This document shows, in pieces, positions 24,327 to 32,702 of a stretch of 64,000 nucleotides of DNA. Under the pieces are notes generated by a model. The model had not been told where the DNA came from, ran no database searches, and worked only from the letters and a program-made list of their open reading frames with translations. The stretch is from a virus, in the IMG/VR virus record IMGVR_UViG_3300045988_176028; one strand, written 5' to 3'. Every line of letters begins with the position of its first letter. Position 1 is the stretch's first letter. A program made the position numbers and the translations under genes.

Positions 24327-24869
24327 CTATTTTCCTAGTTCGCTGAGCTTGGTCGGCGCTTTCTTATGTTTGAGCGGCAACGGTTTCCCGTCCGTCTGAT
24401 TATAGACGCAGTAGTTGCCGTTGTCGGTTTTGTGGATTACCACGTTGACCTGCCGGTTGTCCTTCGTGTAGACGGAGCATTCGGCGTCCACACCGTTCTC
24501 GATGTCCTTCATTGAGTCCACGGTGTATTCGCCCCGTCTCGCGGAATGTATTATCCCTTTGGTTGTTGGGATACTACTGTCTGTATCGGAGTACTCCTTG
24601 TGTGTGCAGTTGATGCTGGACAGTCCGTACACGTATTCCAAGCTTTGGTTGAGGGACGGGGCTTTCGGCATTTTCACCGTGGTCGCGGTGACGAACGAGA
24701 GGAAGAACACGAGAACGGAAACAGTCGAAACCAGTGTCCGACCCTTGTTCACAGCGAAAGCGCCGACAACAAGAGCAATGACACTAACGATAATGAGAGA
24801 ACTGATAATAAAATCGCCCGTACTCGCTTGGTCGGCAACCTCCTGCCAAGCGGAGAAATCCGCTGTCAC
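24327..24869 (-). CDS. two-TM membrane protein with small extracytoplasmic domain (paralog of 30368-30811)
   Basis: 180 aa. Same layout as the 147-aa protein at 30368-30811: short N-terminus with F..W, two TM helices, a beta-rich Cys-containing domain, and a KAP(T/S)K tail. Confidence 0.5.
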   Translation of the reverse strand: MTADFSAWQEVADQASTGDFIISSLIIVSVIALVVGAFAVNKGRTLVSTVSVLVFFLSFVTATTVKMPKAPSLNQSLEYVYGLSSINCTHKEYSDTDSSIPTTKGIIHSARRGEYTVDSMKDIENGVDAECSVYTKDNRQVNVVIHKTDNGNYCVYNQTDGKPLPLKHKKAPTKLSELGK

Positions 24870-25645
24870 TTCTGAACCTTTTCCAGTCGGGTGGACAGTT
24901 CCGCCAATCCGTCGATGATTTTATTCTCCTCCACGGTTTTCCTCCCACCGGCTCGACCGTCACGGAAGCGTTTCTCGCACTCGCCCATACCCCTGCGGAT
25001 ATCCTCATTGGTGATGCCATAGGCGATAGCGAACGTTCCCAACGCTTCCACCACGTCGCAATACTCTTCGACCAACCGACTGTAAATCCGCTTGTCGGAA
25101 GTGCCGTCGGCAACCCAATCCATTCCCACTGCGGCGAGTTCAGCAGACTCCTCCAACAGTTTCCGCCCCTGCCGGTCGGATGGTTCCGCATATTCCGGAG
25201 CGAATGTTCTGACGGTGCCAAGACTAGCCAACCCGTGTTCAGTCATTTCCACGCCACGCCCGATGAACTTGTAGCCGGGATTCTGTTCGCAATAGTCGCG
25301 CACGTCACGCAACCATTGGATAGCATTGGGGATACTCCCCCAGCGGATGACCTTCCCCGTGTTGTCGAGGAAGTATTTCTGTTCCAATTCGTTGATGGAT
25401 TTTTTTTCGATTTCATCCAACGCTTCGTCAATAATGTCCTTGACCACGATGGCGGACTTGCCGTGCAGGTCTGTGGTGGGGCGCACATGGAACGCTTGGA
25501 AGAAATCGGAATAGTTGAAGGTCGGATTACAGGAAGTGCCTACCATATCCAAATTTTCCAGTCCACGGTCTTGCCAATCGCAAGCGACCATGAACACCAT
25601 ATCGTCCGGAATGTCGGAACGGACTATCGCAATATCGTAACTCAA
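24866..25645 (-). CDS. hypothetical protein with MazG-like NTP-pyrophosphohydrolase C-terminal domain
   Basis: 259 aa. The C-terminal LLEESAELAA....D.......LVEEYCDVVEALGTFAIAYGI resembles the EExxE...E..D helix pair of MazG-like proteins. The N-terminal ~150 aa have no recognisable family. Confidence 0.45.
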   Translation of the reverse strand: MSYDIAIVRSDIPDDMVFMVACDWQDRGLENLDMVGTSCNPTFNYSDFFQAFHVRPTTDLHGKSAIVVKDIIDEALDEIEKKSINELEQKYFLDNTGKVIRWGSIPNAIQWLRDVRDYCEQNPGYKFIGRGVEMTEHGLASLGTVRTFAPEYAEPSDRQGRKLLEESAELAAVGMDWVADGTSDKRIYSRLVEEYCDVVEALGTFAIAYGITNEDIRRGMGECEKRFRDGRAGGRKTVEENKIIDGLAELSTRLEKVQK

Positions 25646-25941
25646 ATCGCACCTATTCTTTCAAAGAGTGCCCAACAGAACATGATAAAAAGGATTGTCG
25701 CCATGATGATGAACGCCACCATCAGGGCGACGGCCAAATGATAAAGGAACCGCCAGCCGTAGATTCGTACTCCCAGCCAACGTTTCTGCCCCGAAGTGTA
25801 GGAGTGTTCCAAAAACGCTTTTTCCAAGAGCGTGACGGAACGGTCGAACAATACCGCCATCGTGTGCGACATGAGCACACCGGCTATACAACCTATGCTC
25901 AATACCAGTCGGACGAGTATGCCAGCCATGATTCCATTCAT
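25642..25941 (-). CDS. hypothetical membrane protein
   Basis: Internal ATG start at 25941 (MNGIMAGILV...). Three hydrophobic helices. 4-nt overlap with the upstream gene. Confidence 0.4.
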   Translation of the reverse strand: MNGIMAGILVRLVLSIGCIAGVLMSHTMAVLFDRSVTLLEKAFLEHSYTSGQKRWLGVRIYGWRFLYHLAVALMVAFIIMATILFIMFCWALFERIGAI

Positions 25942-26204
25942 TCCTCTAAGTTCAGTACCGCCAGCTCGCAATCCAATCGTCGGGCAATGTCCAGTTTGGT
26001 ACCGGAGAGTCGGAATTGCGTGCCGACGGCGGTTCCGTTTCGATACTTTTGGGCGACCATATTCGACTGGATGTGAATGATGTTCCGTGCATGCTTGTAA
26101 CGCCACACGTTGCCTCCACCATCACTGTCGAGGTTCATTCTCATGTTACGGTAGAAGTCCACGTTGTCGTACAGGTCTCGGGGGGTTAACGGGTCAGTCT
26201 GCAT
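25938..26204 (-). CDS. hypothetical protein
   Basis: 88-aa ORF in an operon context with overlapping stop/start codons. Confidence 0.4.
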   Translation of the reverse strand: MQTDPLTPRDLYDNVDFYRNMRMNLDSDGGGNVWRYKHARNIIHIQSNMVAQKYRNGTAVGTQFRLSGTKLDIARRLDCELAVLNLEE

Positions 26205-26391
26205 CGAGCATTTCCTTCCACTTTTCCAATTCGTTCAAATCGATAGAGAATTGTTTATGTTCGGTGCAGTCGGAAAAGTCGATGGTCAGATACGGTTTTC
26301 CACGGAAAGTGTCACTGGACACGATGACGGTGTCACTGCCCAGTCCGCCCTTCTCATGTAACAGTTTGTAATATTTTTTATCCGGAACCAT
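26194..26391 (-). CDS. hypothetical protein
   Basis: 65-aa ORF in an operon context. Confidence 0.4.
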   Translation of the reverse strand: MVPDKKYYKLLHEKGGLGSDTVIVSSDTFRGKPYLTIDFSDCTEHKQFSIDLNELEKWKEMLDAD

Positions 26392-26415
26392 CGGCTTTCC
26401 CTTTCTAATATCAGG

Positions 26416-26646
26416 TCAGGAGAGTTTGACCAGAATTCCGTAAGCGATGATGAGAACGAACCAGACGACAGCCGCCACTACCGTCCAACGGTTCAGGTTC
26501 TTTTCCGCCACGCCCGAGCTTCCCGCCGAACCTGTCAACGATTCAGCGAAATTCGAGAAACCGCCTCCCTCGCCTTTGTGCATGAGAATGAGGGGAACGA
26601 GCATGAGACTCAACACGGCGATGAATCCAAGAAGGATATGTTTCAT
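26416..26646 (-). CDS. secG: SecG-like preprotein translocase subunit (paralog on accessory DNA)
   Basis: Start at ATG 26646 after AAGGAG. 76 aa. MKHILLGFIAVLSLMLVPLILMHKGEGGGFSNF.....GSAGSSGVAEKNLNRWTVVAAVVWFVLIIAYGILVK matches the actinobacterial SecG layout (TM - H.KGGG.S..F - GS..V.EKNL.R.T - TM). Confidence 0.75.
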   Translation of the reverse strand: MKHILLGFIAVLSLMLVPLILMHKGEGGGFSNFAESLTGSAGSSGVAEKNLNRWTVVAAVVWFVLIIAYGILVKLS

Positions 26647-26648
26647 AA

Positions 26649-27065
26649 TTACTGCTCCTTTGTTTTGTTGTAGAAGACCAGACTTTTCCATCCGCTCGCA
26701 AGCCGCCAATGTTCGCCCGGCAACCGCATAAGCAACGGTTGCAGGATGCCTTCGACGATGAGCTGGTCTAGTGACCCGTGTACGGCGACCGTCCGTCCTC
26801 GCACGATGGTGCCGTCCACGGTGACGGCCTTGACCATGCGGCTGTCCAAAACCTTCGGTTCGACGTTCTCCCAGTCGAGGTCGGCGGGCTGGTCTTCCTG
26901 CGAGTCCAAGGCGGCTTTAGCGAGACGGCGGAACGAGTCATGTATCGCGTCCATCTGCCCGTCCCACAAGTCTCGTATCTGTTCTTCGCTCGGATTGAAG
27001 TCGGCCCAGTTGGTTTGCGCGGCGAAGACCGCAATTGCGGTTTTTTCGATGCGTTCATCCGGCAT
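26649..27065 (-). CDS. hypothetical protein
   Basis: 138-aa acidic ORF between the secE-like and secG-like genes. Confidence 0.45.
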   Translation of the reverse strand: MPDERIEKTAIAVFAAQTNWADFNPSEEQIRDLWDGQMDAIHDSFRRLAKAALDSQEDQPADLDWENVEPKVLDSRMVKAVTVDGTIVRGRTVAVHGSLDQLIVEGILQPLLMRLPGEHWRLASGWKSLVFYNKTKEQ

Positions 27066-27327
27066 AGAATTTTCCTTCCTTACTGCAATCCAACACCTGC
27101 AATGCGCTCACATGGTCGGCTTCCTCCAATAGGCCGGACGGGGCTTTCATGATGATGGGCACCATGACTCCCATGTAGACGCCTATCGCCCCACCGGGAG
27201 CTATGATGATGGTTCCGTCCACGACGGTGCCGTTGTCGAATCGGGCGATGACGCGTTGCCCTTCGAGTTCGGTCGTTGTGGCATGCCGCCAGTCCACGGG
27301 ATTGTAGACGATGCCTTCGCCGCCCAT
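27055..27327 (-). CDS. hypothetical protein
   Basis: Internal ATG at 27327 overlaps the secE-like stop (ATGA). 90 aa. Confidence 0.4.
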   Translation of the reverse strand: MGGEGIVYNPVDWRHATTTELEGQRVIARFDNGTVVDGTIIIAPGGAIGVYMGVMVPIIMKAPSGLLEEADHVSALQVLDCSKEGKFYAG

Positions 27328-27578
27328 CAGCCGAACACCCACAATGTCAGCTTGCCCAGTCCGAAGTCCATTCCTGAGACAAGCGCCATGAGCAGCAGCA
27401 CGAAGATTCCGGACGCGACGCACCAGCCCGCCCATTCGCGGACGGTGGGCGTGACTACCTTGCGGATTTCGGCCACAACCTGTTTGACGAAACGGATGAC
27501 GCCGAGGAATCCTTGACCGATTCTGACGAACGGATTGTTTTTCCCATCGGCAATGACGGGCGTGGCTTTCTCAACCAT
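27327..27578 (-). CDS. secE: SecE-like preprotein translocase subunit (paralog on accessory DNA)
   Basis: 83 aa. RFVKQVVAEIRKVVTPTVREWAGWCVASGIFVLLLMALVSGMDFGL matches the SecE signature (F...V..E(L/I)RKV.WPT..E + TM + D), with Trp replaced by Thr in the WPT position. Confidence 0.7.
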   Translation of the reverse strand: MVEKATPVIADGKNNPFVRIGQGFLGVIRFVKQVVAEIRKVVTPTVREWAGWCVASGIFVLLLMALVSGMDFGLGKLTLWVFG

Positions 27579-27789
27579 AGATTTCCTTCCATTGAATCAG
27601 ACCGTCGATAATTTTCGCGGCGGTTCGATTGTCCAAATATTTCTTATTCAAGTCTTCCTTATAGCGGACTACGGGAGGGCAGTTTTCGAGGTTTTTCACG
27701 TTATTAAGGTCGGACTGGTCGGTGAGTTTGAGAATTAGTCGAATCTGAGCTTCCGTGGCCTTGCGTTTCTGTCCCGCGTAAATCATCAT
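27571..27789 (-). CDS. hypothetical protein
   Basis: 72-aa ORF in an operon context. Confidence 0.4.
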   Translation of the reverse strand: MMIYAGQKRKATEAQIRLILKLTDQSDLNNVKNLENCPPVVRYKEDLNKKYLDNRTAAKIIDGLIQWKEIYG

Positions 27790-28271
27790 TGCTCTCCCCG
27801 GCCAGAGTGGTGGACGTTTGTCGTTCGGAAGTGTTCCGATAACAGGTCTTTCGTGTTTTTTCTTAATTGGGCTGACGCGAGTTCCTGCACTTGAGAGACC
27901 GCTATCACATAGTCGGTCAGCTGGCTGGCGAATTCCTTATCATGATGGCGTCGAGCCAGTTCGCAGACAGCGTCGATTGCCGAAGTGTGGAAAATGTCCG
28001 ATACTGGTTCGATGTAGTCACCGTCTGCCATGAGGGCACGGTATTCGAATCGGTTTCCGCAGTTGATTTCCCGAACCATGCCGTAGTCCTTACCGTCAAC
28101 CACGACTTGATAGTCTTTAGTTTTGCTGGAGGATTGCGTGTAGCAGGGGAAGTTGATGGCAGACAGTGTTGCCGAATACTGGTCTTGTACCATCGCCAGT
28201 TCTTCGTCCACCCAGCCGAGTGAACGTAGTTGGATGGGGTTTGCCGGTTTTTTGGGGTTTTGTTTTTCCAA
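27786..28271 (-). CDS. hypothetical protein (first gene of the secE/secG-containing operon)
   Basis: 161-aa ORF with promoter motif P8 21 nt upstream. Confidence 0.5.
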   Translation of the reverse strand: MEKQNPKKPANPIQLRSLGWVDEELAMVQDQYSATLSAINFPCYTQSSSKTKDYQVVVDGKDYGMVREINCGNRFEYRALMADGDYIEPVSDIFHTSAIDAVCELARRHHDKEFASQLTDYVIAVSQVQELASAQLRKNTKDLLSEHFRTTNVHHSGRGEQ

Positions 28272-28291
28272 GCTTTCCTCCCAAAGACTGC

Positions 28292-28315
28292 TTATGTGTG
28301 GACTTATCCAGTATA
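28292..28315 (-). promoter_or_regulatory. conserved promoter/operator motif, copy P8
   Basis: Gene-sense TATACTGGATAAGTCCACACATAA. Confidence 0.55.
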
Positions 28316-28346
28316 GCAGAGTTTTCTTCGGAAGGAAAGCCGACGT

Positions 28347-28610
28347 TCAGGCGAGAATGTTCAACGACTTGAAAAGCGTGTCCGCCAGATGATTGCCTCC
28401 ACCGTTGAGGCAAACCACCACATATTGGGGCAGGTTCACGAAATTCAGGCTTTCCACACGTAGACCATCCTCGGTCTTTTCCATACGGTATTCCAATTCG
28501 CCGTCGATGGTGGTTCCGCTTACGGTGATGGCGATAGCCCTTTTACCGGCCAGTTCCTCGATAGGCTTGTCCATCCAATCGGAAATGGTCTCGTGTACGT
28601 CAGTATGCAT
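28347..28610 (-). CDS. hypothetical protein
   Basis: Start at ATG 28610 after GGAGGA. 87 aa. Confidence 0.4.
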   Translation of the reverse strand: MHTDVHETISDWMDKPIEELAGKRAIAITVSGTTIDGELEYRMEKTEDGLRVESLNFVNLPQYVVVCLNGGGNHLADTLFKSLNILA

Positions 28611-28626
28611 ATAATCCTCCAAGACT

Positions 28627-29184
28627 CTACTTATTACTCGCGTCCGCGAACAGTATGGCACTGCCTTCATTATGAAGCTTGTCCGCTTGGCGTTTGATAT
28701 CGCTCGTCGTATACCAGAAAGTGAATTCGGTCGGGTCGGTTCCGGTAATCAATTCCTCAACCATGTTGATTCCCCAAGATGGAATGGTGTCGTATACGCG
28801 GTACAAGTCAAGTTTCTTCACATCCTTGTCCACGATGCCGCCGACGTGGATGCCGTGGGGCGCATCCCCCAACGGATGATAGTCAGCGAGCACGCTGATG
28901 GCGTGTGCGACTTCGTCCCGAATCTCCTCAAGGGTTTCCAATTTCAGTGGACATTCCTCGCTGAACAGTGGAAGGTAATGTTCTTGGGCGAGCCAGAATG
29001 GGAACTCCTCCAAATCGTACTTGTCCATGTCGTGACGACTCAACGGCTTCTCATAGTCGATGATTGCGGTGAGCTTGCCGGTCGGGTCAGCCAGTGGACG
29101 CTCGTGAATGGAGATGAGTTTTTCGTCGGGATACTGATGGTCGTATAGCGACTTGGTGTAGGCGTATGAGTATTTTTTGGTCAA
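28627..29184 (-). CDS. hypothetical protein
   Basis: 185-aa ORF with a TTG start. Promoter motif P9 lies 20 nt upstream. Confidence 0.45.
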   Translation of the reverse strand: MTKKYSYAYTKSLYDHQYPDEKLISIHERPLADPTGKLTAIIDYEKPLSRHDMDKYDLEEFPFWLAQEHYLPLFSEECPLKLETLEEIRDEVAHAISVLADYHPLGDAPHGIHVGGIVDKDVKKLDLYRVYDTIPSWGINMVEELITGTDPTEFTFWYTTSDIKRQADKLHNEGSAILFADASNK

Positions 29185-29203
29185 CGATTGTCCTTCACTC
29201 TTG

Positions 29204-29227
29204 TATGATGTGAATGTTTCCAGTATA
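29204..29227 (-). promoter_or_regulatory. conserved promoter/operator motif, copy P9
   Basis: Gene-sense TATACTGGAAACATTCACATCATA. Confidence 0.5.
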
Positions 29228-29247
29228 GCAGAGGGAACGGTGAAACG

Positions 29248-29529
29248 TCAGCGGTCAGTGACCTTGACTTTGTTATACGCAAGAATCGACTCGAACAGTC
29301 GGAGTGGATTGCGGGAGTCCAGCTTGTACTGATGGTGATTCCTCGCGGTTTCCGTTTCGAGGAATCGTCCGCTCTCGGACGGCTCTTCCACAATCATGGG
29401 AACCCAACGCCATTTCTCACGGCCTTTGCTGTTCTCCCAGACGATTTCCCCGTTTTCCAATACCCGCTTGTAGGCGGTCTTGTCGGGGAATGACGAGTCT
29501 ATTCGTGCGACTAGATTCAATCGGCTCAT
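29248..29529 (-). CDS. hypothetical protein
   Basis: 93-aa ORF. ATGA overlap with the upstream small ORF. Confidence 0.4.
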   Translation of the reverse strand: MSRLNLVARIDSSFPDKTAYKRVLENGEIVWENSKGREKWRWVPMIVEEPSESGRFLETETARNHHQYKLDSRNPLRLFESILAYNKVKVTDR

Positions 29530-29681
29530 GGTTTAATTCCTTCTTCTCTCAGTTCTTCATAGTCTTGCGGCGTGAGGAAAAGCCAAGCTCCACAGTAGGG
29601 ACACTTGACCCTATTGGCATCGACGGTGTTCTTGCAATACCAGCAGGTGACGTACCATCCGTTTACATATCGGTTTTGCAT
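29526..29681 (-). CDS. 51-aa zinc-ribbon protein (below the ORF-track cutoff)
   Basis: GGAGCAACA-ATG; MQNRYVNGWYVTCWYCKNTVDANRVKCPYCGAWLFLTPQDYEELREEGIKP, with a CxxC...CxxC pair. Confidence 0.35.
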   Translation of the reverse strand: MQNRYVNGWYVTCWYCKNTVDANRVKCPYCGAWLFLTPQDYEELREEGIKP

Positions 29682-29842
29682 TGTTGCTCCTTTTTCTTGA
29701 AATCAGAAGACAGTGGTCTTCTAATTTTCGCAAAGAAGTCGATGACTTCGATAAGATAGAGGAACATTTCAAGCAGGACAAAGAAAACGAATCCCAGTAC
29801 GTCAAAAGTCCAGTTTTTCAGTTTTTTGAATATGTTGGACAT
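29663..29842 (-). CDS. 59-aa membrane protein
   Basis: Start at ATG 29842 after GGAGAG. One TM helix (FDVLGFVFFVLLEMFLYLI). Promoter motif P10 lies 21 nt upstream. Confidence 0.35.
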   Translation of the reverse strand: MSNIFKKLKNWTFDVLGFVFFVLLEMFLYLIEVIDFFAKIRRPLSSDFKKKEQQCKTDM

Positions 29843-29862
29843 TGCTCTCCTTGTCTTAATAG

Positions 29863-29885
29863 ATTGTGTGAACAACCCCAGTATA
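29863..29885 (-). promoter_or_regulatory. conserved promoter/operator motif, copy P10
   Basis: Gene-sense TATACTGGGGTTGTTCACACAAT. Confidence 0.55.
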
Positions 29886-29958
29886 ACCAAAAAAAGCAAG
29901 ACTGGCAATCACGCCAAAAACCGGAAAACAAACAGGCTAATCGTATCTTCAGGCAACA

Positions 29959-30189
29959 TCAGCGGATTACTTTCTCGCTCTGATTTGGCACTTCCAACGG
30001 CATAGAACCCGAATATCCCAACTGTTCCTCGCAGTGTGCGATGACGGCTTGCAACGCGAACCGTTCCCCTACAAGAAAATTCTCGTCCGAAGCGGTGGGA
30101 ATCATCTCGTTGATTCGGGCTATCTGTTCCTTGCACCAGTCTATGGTGTCATGCAGGGTTTTGTCTTTCTGAGTGACGTTCACCGCCAT
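29959..30189 (-). CDS. hypothetical protein
   Basis: 76-aa ORF. Confidence 0.35.
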   Translation of the reverse strand: MAVNVTQKDKTLHDTIDWCKEQIARINEMIPTASDENFLVGERFALQAVIAHCEEQLGYSGSMPLEVPNQSEKVIR

Positions 30190-30367
30190 CTTGTTTTCCT
30201 TTCTTCTGTTAACGGGGCTAAAATCGACTTTTTGTTGAAAATGACCCCGTTAACTTTCATTTTTCTGACGATAGGGGTCAATGTCGGCGTTTTCGACCAT
30301 GCGTCCGTAGTCTTGACAACGGCACATGGATTGGATTTTTCGCATGTACTTTGGGTCTGCCATTGAT

Positions 30368-30811
30368 TCAGTCCTTCTTGGACGGGGCTTTCGTCAAGAC
30401 CGGCTTGACCAGATTCCCTTGAGAATCGTACACTCTGACGGTGTTCTTCTCCGAGTCGCCTACCACGGTGATGACCTGCCTCTTACGACCATGATTGGAG
30501 TAAGCCACGCACGGGGTGTCTCCGTCCCGCACGTCACCAACCCCTTTGCATTGTACGGATTCGTACCCGTAGGATGTAGCCAATGCTTCCTCGAAGGTCG
30601 GGTGCTGGGTCTTCTCCGCTCCCAGCGTCATAATCAACGCCACTACACTGATAATGCATCCTACTTCTAACAGTCCGCCTACGATTTTCTTAATCTTTTT
30701 ATCGTTAAATAAAAAGATAATTCCGGAAATGAAGGTCACTGTTATAACCAAGGTAAGAAACGCCGCAAAAAGAGCGAAAGGGTCTTGACTCCACTCGTTG
30801 AAATCTACCAT
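30368..30811 (-). CDS. two-TM membrane protein with small extracytoplasmic domain (paralog of 24327-24869)
   Basis: 147 aa with the same architecture as 24327-24869. Confidence 0.5.
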   Translation of the reverse strand: MVDFNEWSQDPFALFAAFLTLVITVTFISGIIFLFNDKKIKKIVGGLLEVGCIISVVALIMTLGAEKTQHPTFEEALATSYGYESVQCKGVGDVRDGDTPCVAYSNHGRKRQVITVVGDSEKNTVRVYDSQGNLVKPVLTKAPSKKD

Positions 30812-30817
30812 GTTTTA

Positions 30818-31198
30818 CTACTCCTTCTGATTTTGGTTTTGTTGAGGTGGAACCACTTCCAATCGGAAGGTTCTCTTGACGTTTGCCTTAATCTTGTATC
30901 TGCCGTTCTTGTCGGTGACGCTTCTGGCGGGATTGCCGACACTATCTTTGTAGGGAGTGCCATCGTCATGGACGACCGTGACCGTCACGTTGGGAACGGG
31001 ATTGCCCTGCCAGTCGGTGACGGTGGCCTCTAAGGTGATTGACCGTCCCCAGATTTCGGTTTTCAACCGATTGAGTCCATTTGTCAATGGTGGTGCGACG
31101 ATTAGTCCGATAACGCTTAATGCCACGACCAGTTGAGCTAGGCTCAAAACCAGTCGTGTCCAGAGTAGGATACCGTCGGTTCTATCATTTTCGTTCAC
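30818..31198 (-). CDS. membrane-anchored protein with carboxypeptidase-regulatory/Cna-B-like beta domain
   Basis: 126 aa. One TM helix, then ...VTD.QGNPVPNVTVTVVHDDGT........TDKNGRYKI. Confidence 0.45.
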   Translation of the reverse strand: MNENDRTDGILLWTRLVLSLAQLVVALSVIGLIVAPPLTNGLNRLKTEIWGRSITLEATVTDWQGNPVPNVTVTVVHDDGTPYKDSVGNPARSVTDKNGRYKIKANVKRTFRLEVVPPQQNQNQKE

Positions 31199-31683
31199 TT
31201 CCGGCCTGTCCTGCTCAACTCGAAACCGTCGAGATACAACTGGAACAGGCTCACATATTGGCCGTCTTCTATATCATCCTCCGGTTTTGCGTACAGTTGA
31301 GTGTTCAGAACCGCGACCGGCAGACCGGTATGCTCCTCCTGTTCGATGTGGAAGGGTATTTCCTCCTGACCGTGAGCGTTCTCGCGGACTGCCACACCGT
31401 AATCACCCACCTGTGGTTGGGTGGATGAACTGCTATCGTCAATATCCTCATAGGTGAGATAGAACGGCAGAAGCAGTGGATTGGGAACATTCTTCAACGG
31501 GATAAATTCTATACCGGCCTGTTGGGAGTGCTGTTGGCAGACGCCACTGTAACTGTCCCCTTCACCGTAATCCGGCCAGTGGCGGATTGCCACGATGGGT
31601 TTACTGCACGGGTATATTTGACCGTCCGAGTCAACCATGGTTTGGGCGCAACCTACGTCAATGAGTTCCTTAAGATTCAACAT
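31195..31683 (-). CDS. hypothetical acidic protein
   Basis: Start at internal ATG 31683 (MLNLKELID...). The longer 276-aa reading overlaps the upstream gene in another frame and has an Arg/His-rich, unprotein-like composition. Confidence 0.45.
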   Translation of the reverse strand: MLNLKELIDVGCAQTMVDSDGQIYPCSKPIVAIRHWPDYGEGDSYSGVCQQHSQQAGIEFIPLKNVPNPLLLPFYLTYEDIDDSSSSTQPQVGDYGVAVRENAHGQEEIPFHIEQEEHTGLPVAVLNTQLYAKPEDDIEDGQYVSLFQLYLDGFELSRTGRK

Positions 31684-32060
31684 GATTCGTCTTCTTCCAA
31701 GAGTTTTTCGCAGATGTGAATTATGTCGCCGTAGGAATTGTGGCCTCCTTGTTCGTCGGGTGACGGTGACTCGTCTGGGGAGGTGAGGTTCCGTATCATA
31801 CGGTTGTAGCGGAGTTCTTTTTTCTTCTTGTTCGCATAGTCGATGATTTCCATGAGTGCGGCTGTCCGACTGTCTGTGGTCGGTTGGACTCCATACTGTT
31901 TGACGCGGGCGATGGTGAATTCGTAGGCTGTGGTGAGGCCGTCGTAGAAAGTGTATTTTTCCAGCAGTTCCCCGTCCGGGGTTTCGGAATCTTTGACGGC
32001 TTTGTCCCATTGTTGTTCCAACCATGATATGAGGTCGGTTTCTGGTTCTGACTGACTCAT
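31677..32060 (-). CDS. hypothetical protein
   Basis: 127-aa ORF. Promoter motif P11 lies 27 nt upstream. Confidence 0.45.
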   Translation of the reverse strand: MSQSEPETDLISWLEQQWDKAVKDSETPDGELLEKYTFYDGLTTAYEFTIARVKQYGVQPTTDSRTAALMEIIDYANKKKKELRYNRMIRNLTSPDESPSPDEQGGHNSYGDIIHICEKLLEEDESC

Positions 32061-32086
32061 GTAGTGGTTCCTTTTTATGCGAATGC

Positions 32087-32111
32087 TTTATGTGTGGACA
32101 TCCCCACTATA
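32087..32111 (-). promoter_or_regulatory. conserved promoter/operator motif, copy P11
   Basis: Gene-sense TATAGTGGGGATGTCCACACATAAA. Confidence 0.5.
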
Positions 32112-32135
32112 CCACAATCAGTTGAGTGACCCTAA

Positions 32136-32489
32136 TCAGATGATATCATCCAAAGACTCGAACACGTCCTCCAAAAACTCCAATTCCAGTTTCTTCTCCG
32201 AAGCGTCTCGACCATTCTTCTCGTCGGCACGAATCACAGACTCCAACACCTGACGTTTCAAATTCAAACGGTCGTAGACGGCCTCACCCAACTGTCGGCG
32301 CGAATCGACGGGATACCTTCTGTTCAGAACATCCCTCACCTGTTCCGACACGTCATCATCCGGCAAGCCGATGAACACTCCCCCACGGTCGTTGAACTGG
32401 AAGGATGGGAGCGGGTCGTATTCACTGTCCCGCGAGAAAACCAGACCGTATTCGTCGTTACCGTTATCCTCGAAATCGACGTTCAACAT
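32136..32489 (-). CDS. hypothetical acidic protein
   Basis: Start at internal ATG 32489 (MLNVDFEDNG...). 117 aa. Confidence 0.4.
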   Translation of the reverse strand: MLNVDFEDNGNDEYGLVFSRDSEYDPLPSFQFNDRGGVFIGLPDDDVSEQVRDVLNRRYPVDSRRQLGEAVYDRLNLKRQVLESVIRADEKNGRDASEKKLELEFLEDVFESLDDII

Positions 32490-32511
32490 TATCTTGTGCT
32501 TCTTTTGTTTT

Positions 32512-32697
32512 TCAGTCCGTGTTGCTGTCGGAAATGTAATACACCGTCTCATTGTCGGTCATTTTGCGGCCTTCTATGAGATAACTCGCGCCGCAAGCGC
32601 AGTTAACATGTCCCACCACATCGGAAGTCCAGTGTATGTCCAGAACATTCAATATCTTGCCGCACTTGGAACAATGCCATTCACCCGCCATCCTCAT
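32512..32697 (-). CDS. 61-aa zinc-ribbon protein
   Basis: CSKCG...CACG pattern. Confidence 0.35.
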   Translation of the reverse strand: MRMAGEWHCSKCGKILNVLDIHWTSDVVGHVNCACGASYLIEGRKMTDNETVYYISDSNTD

Positions 32698-32702
32698 TCT
32701 CC

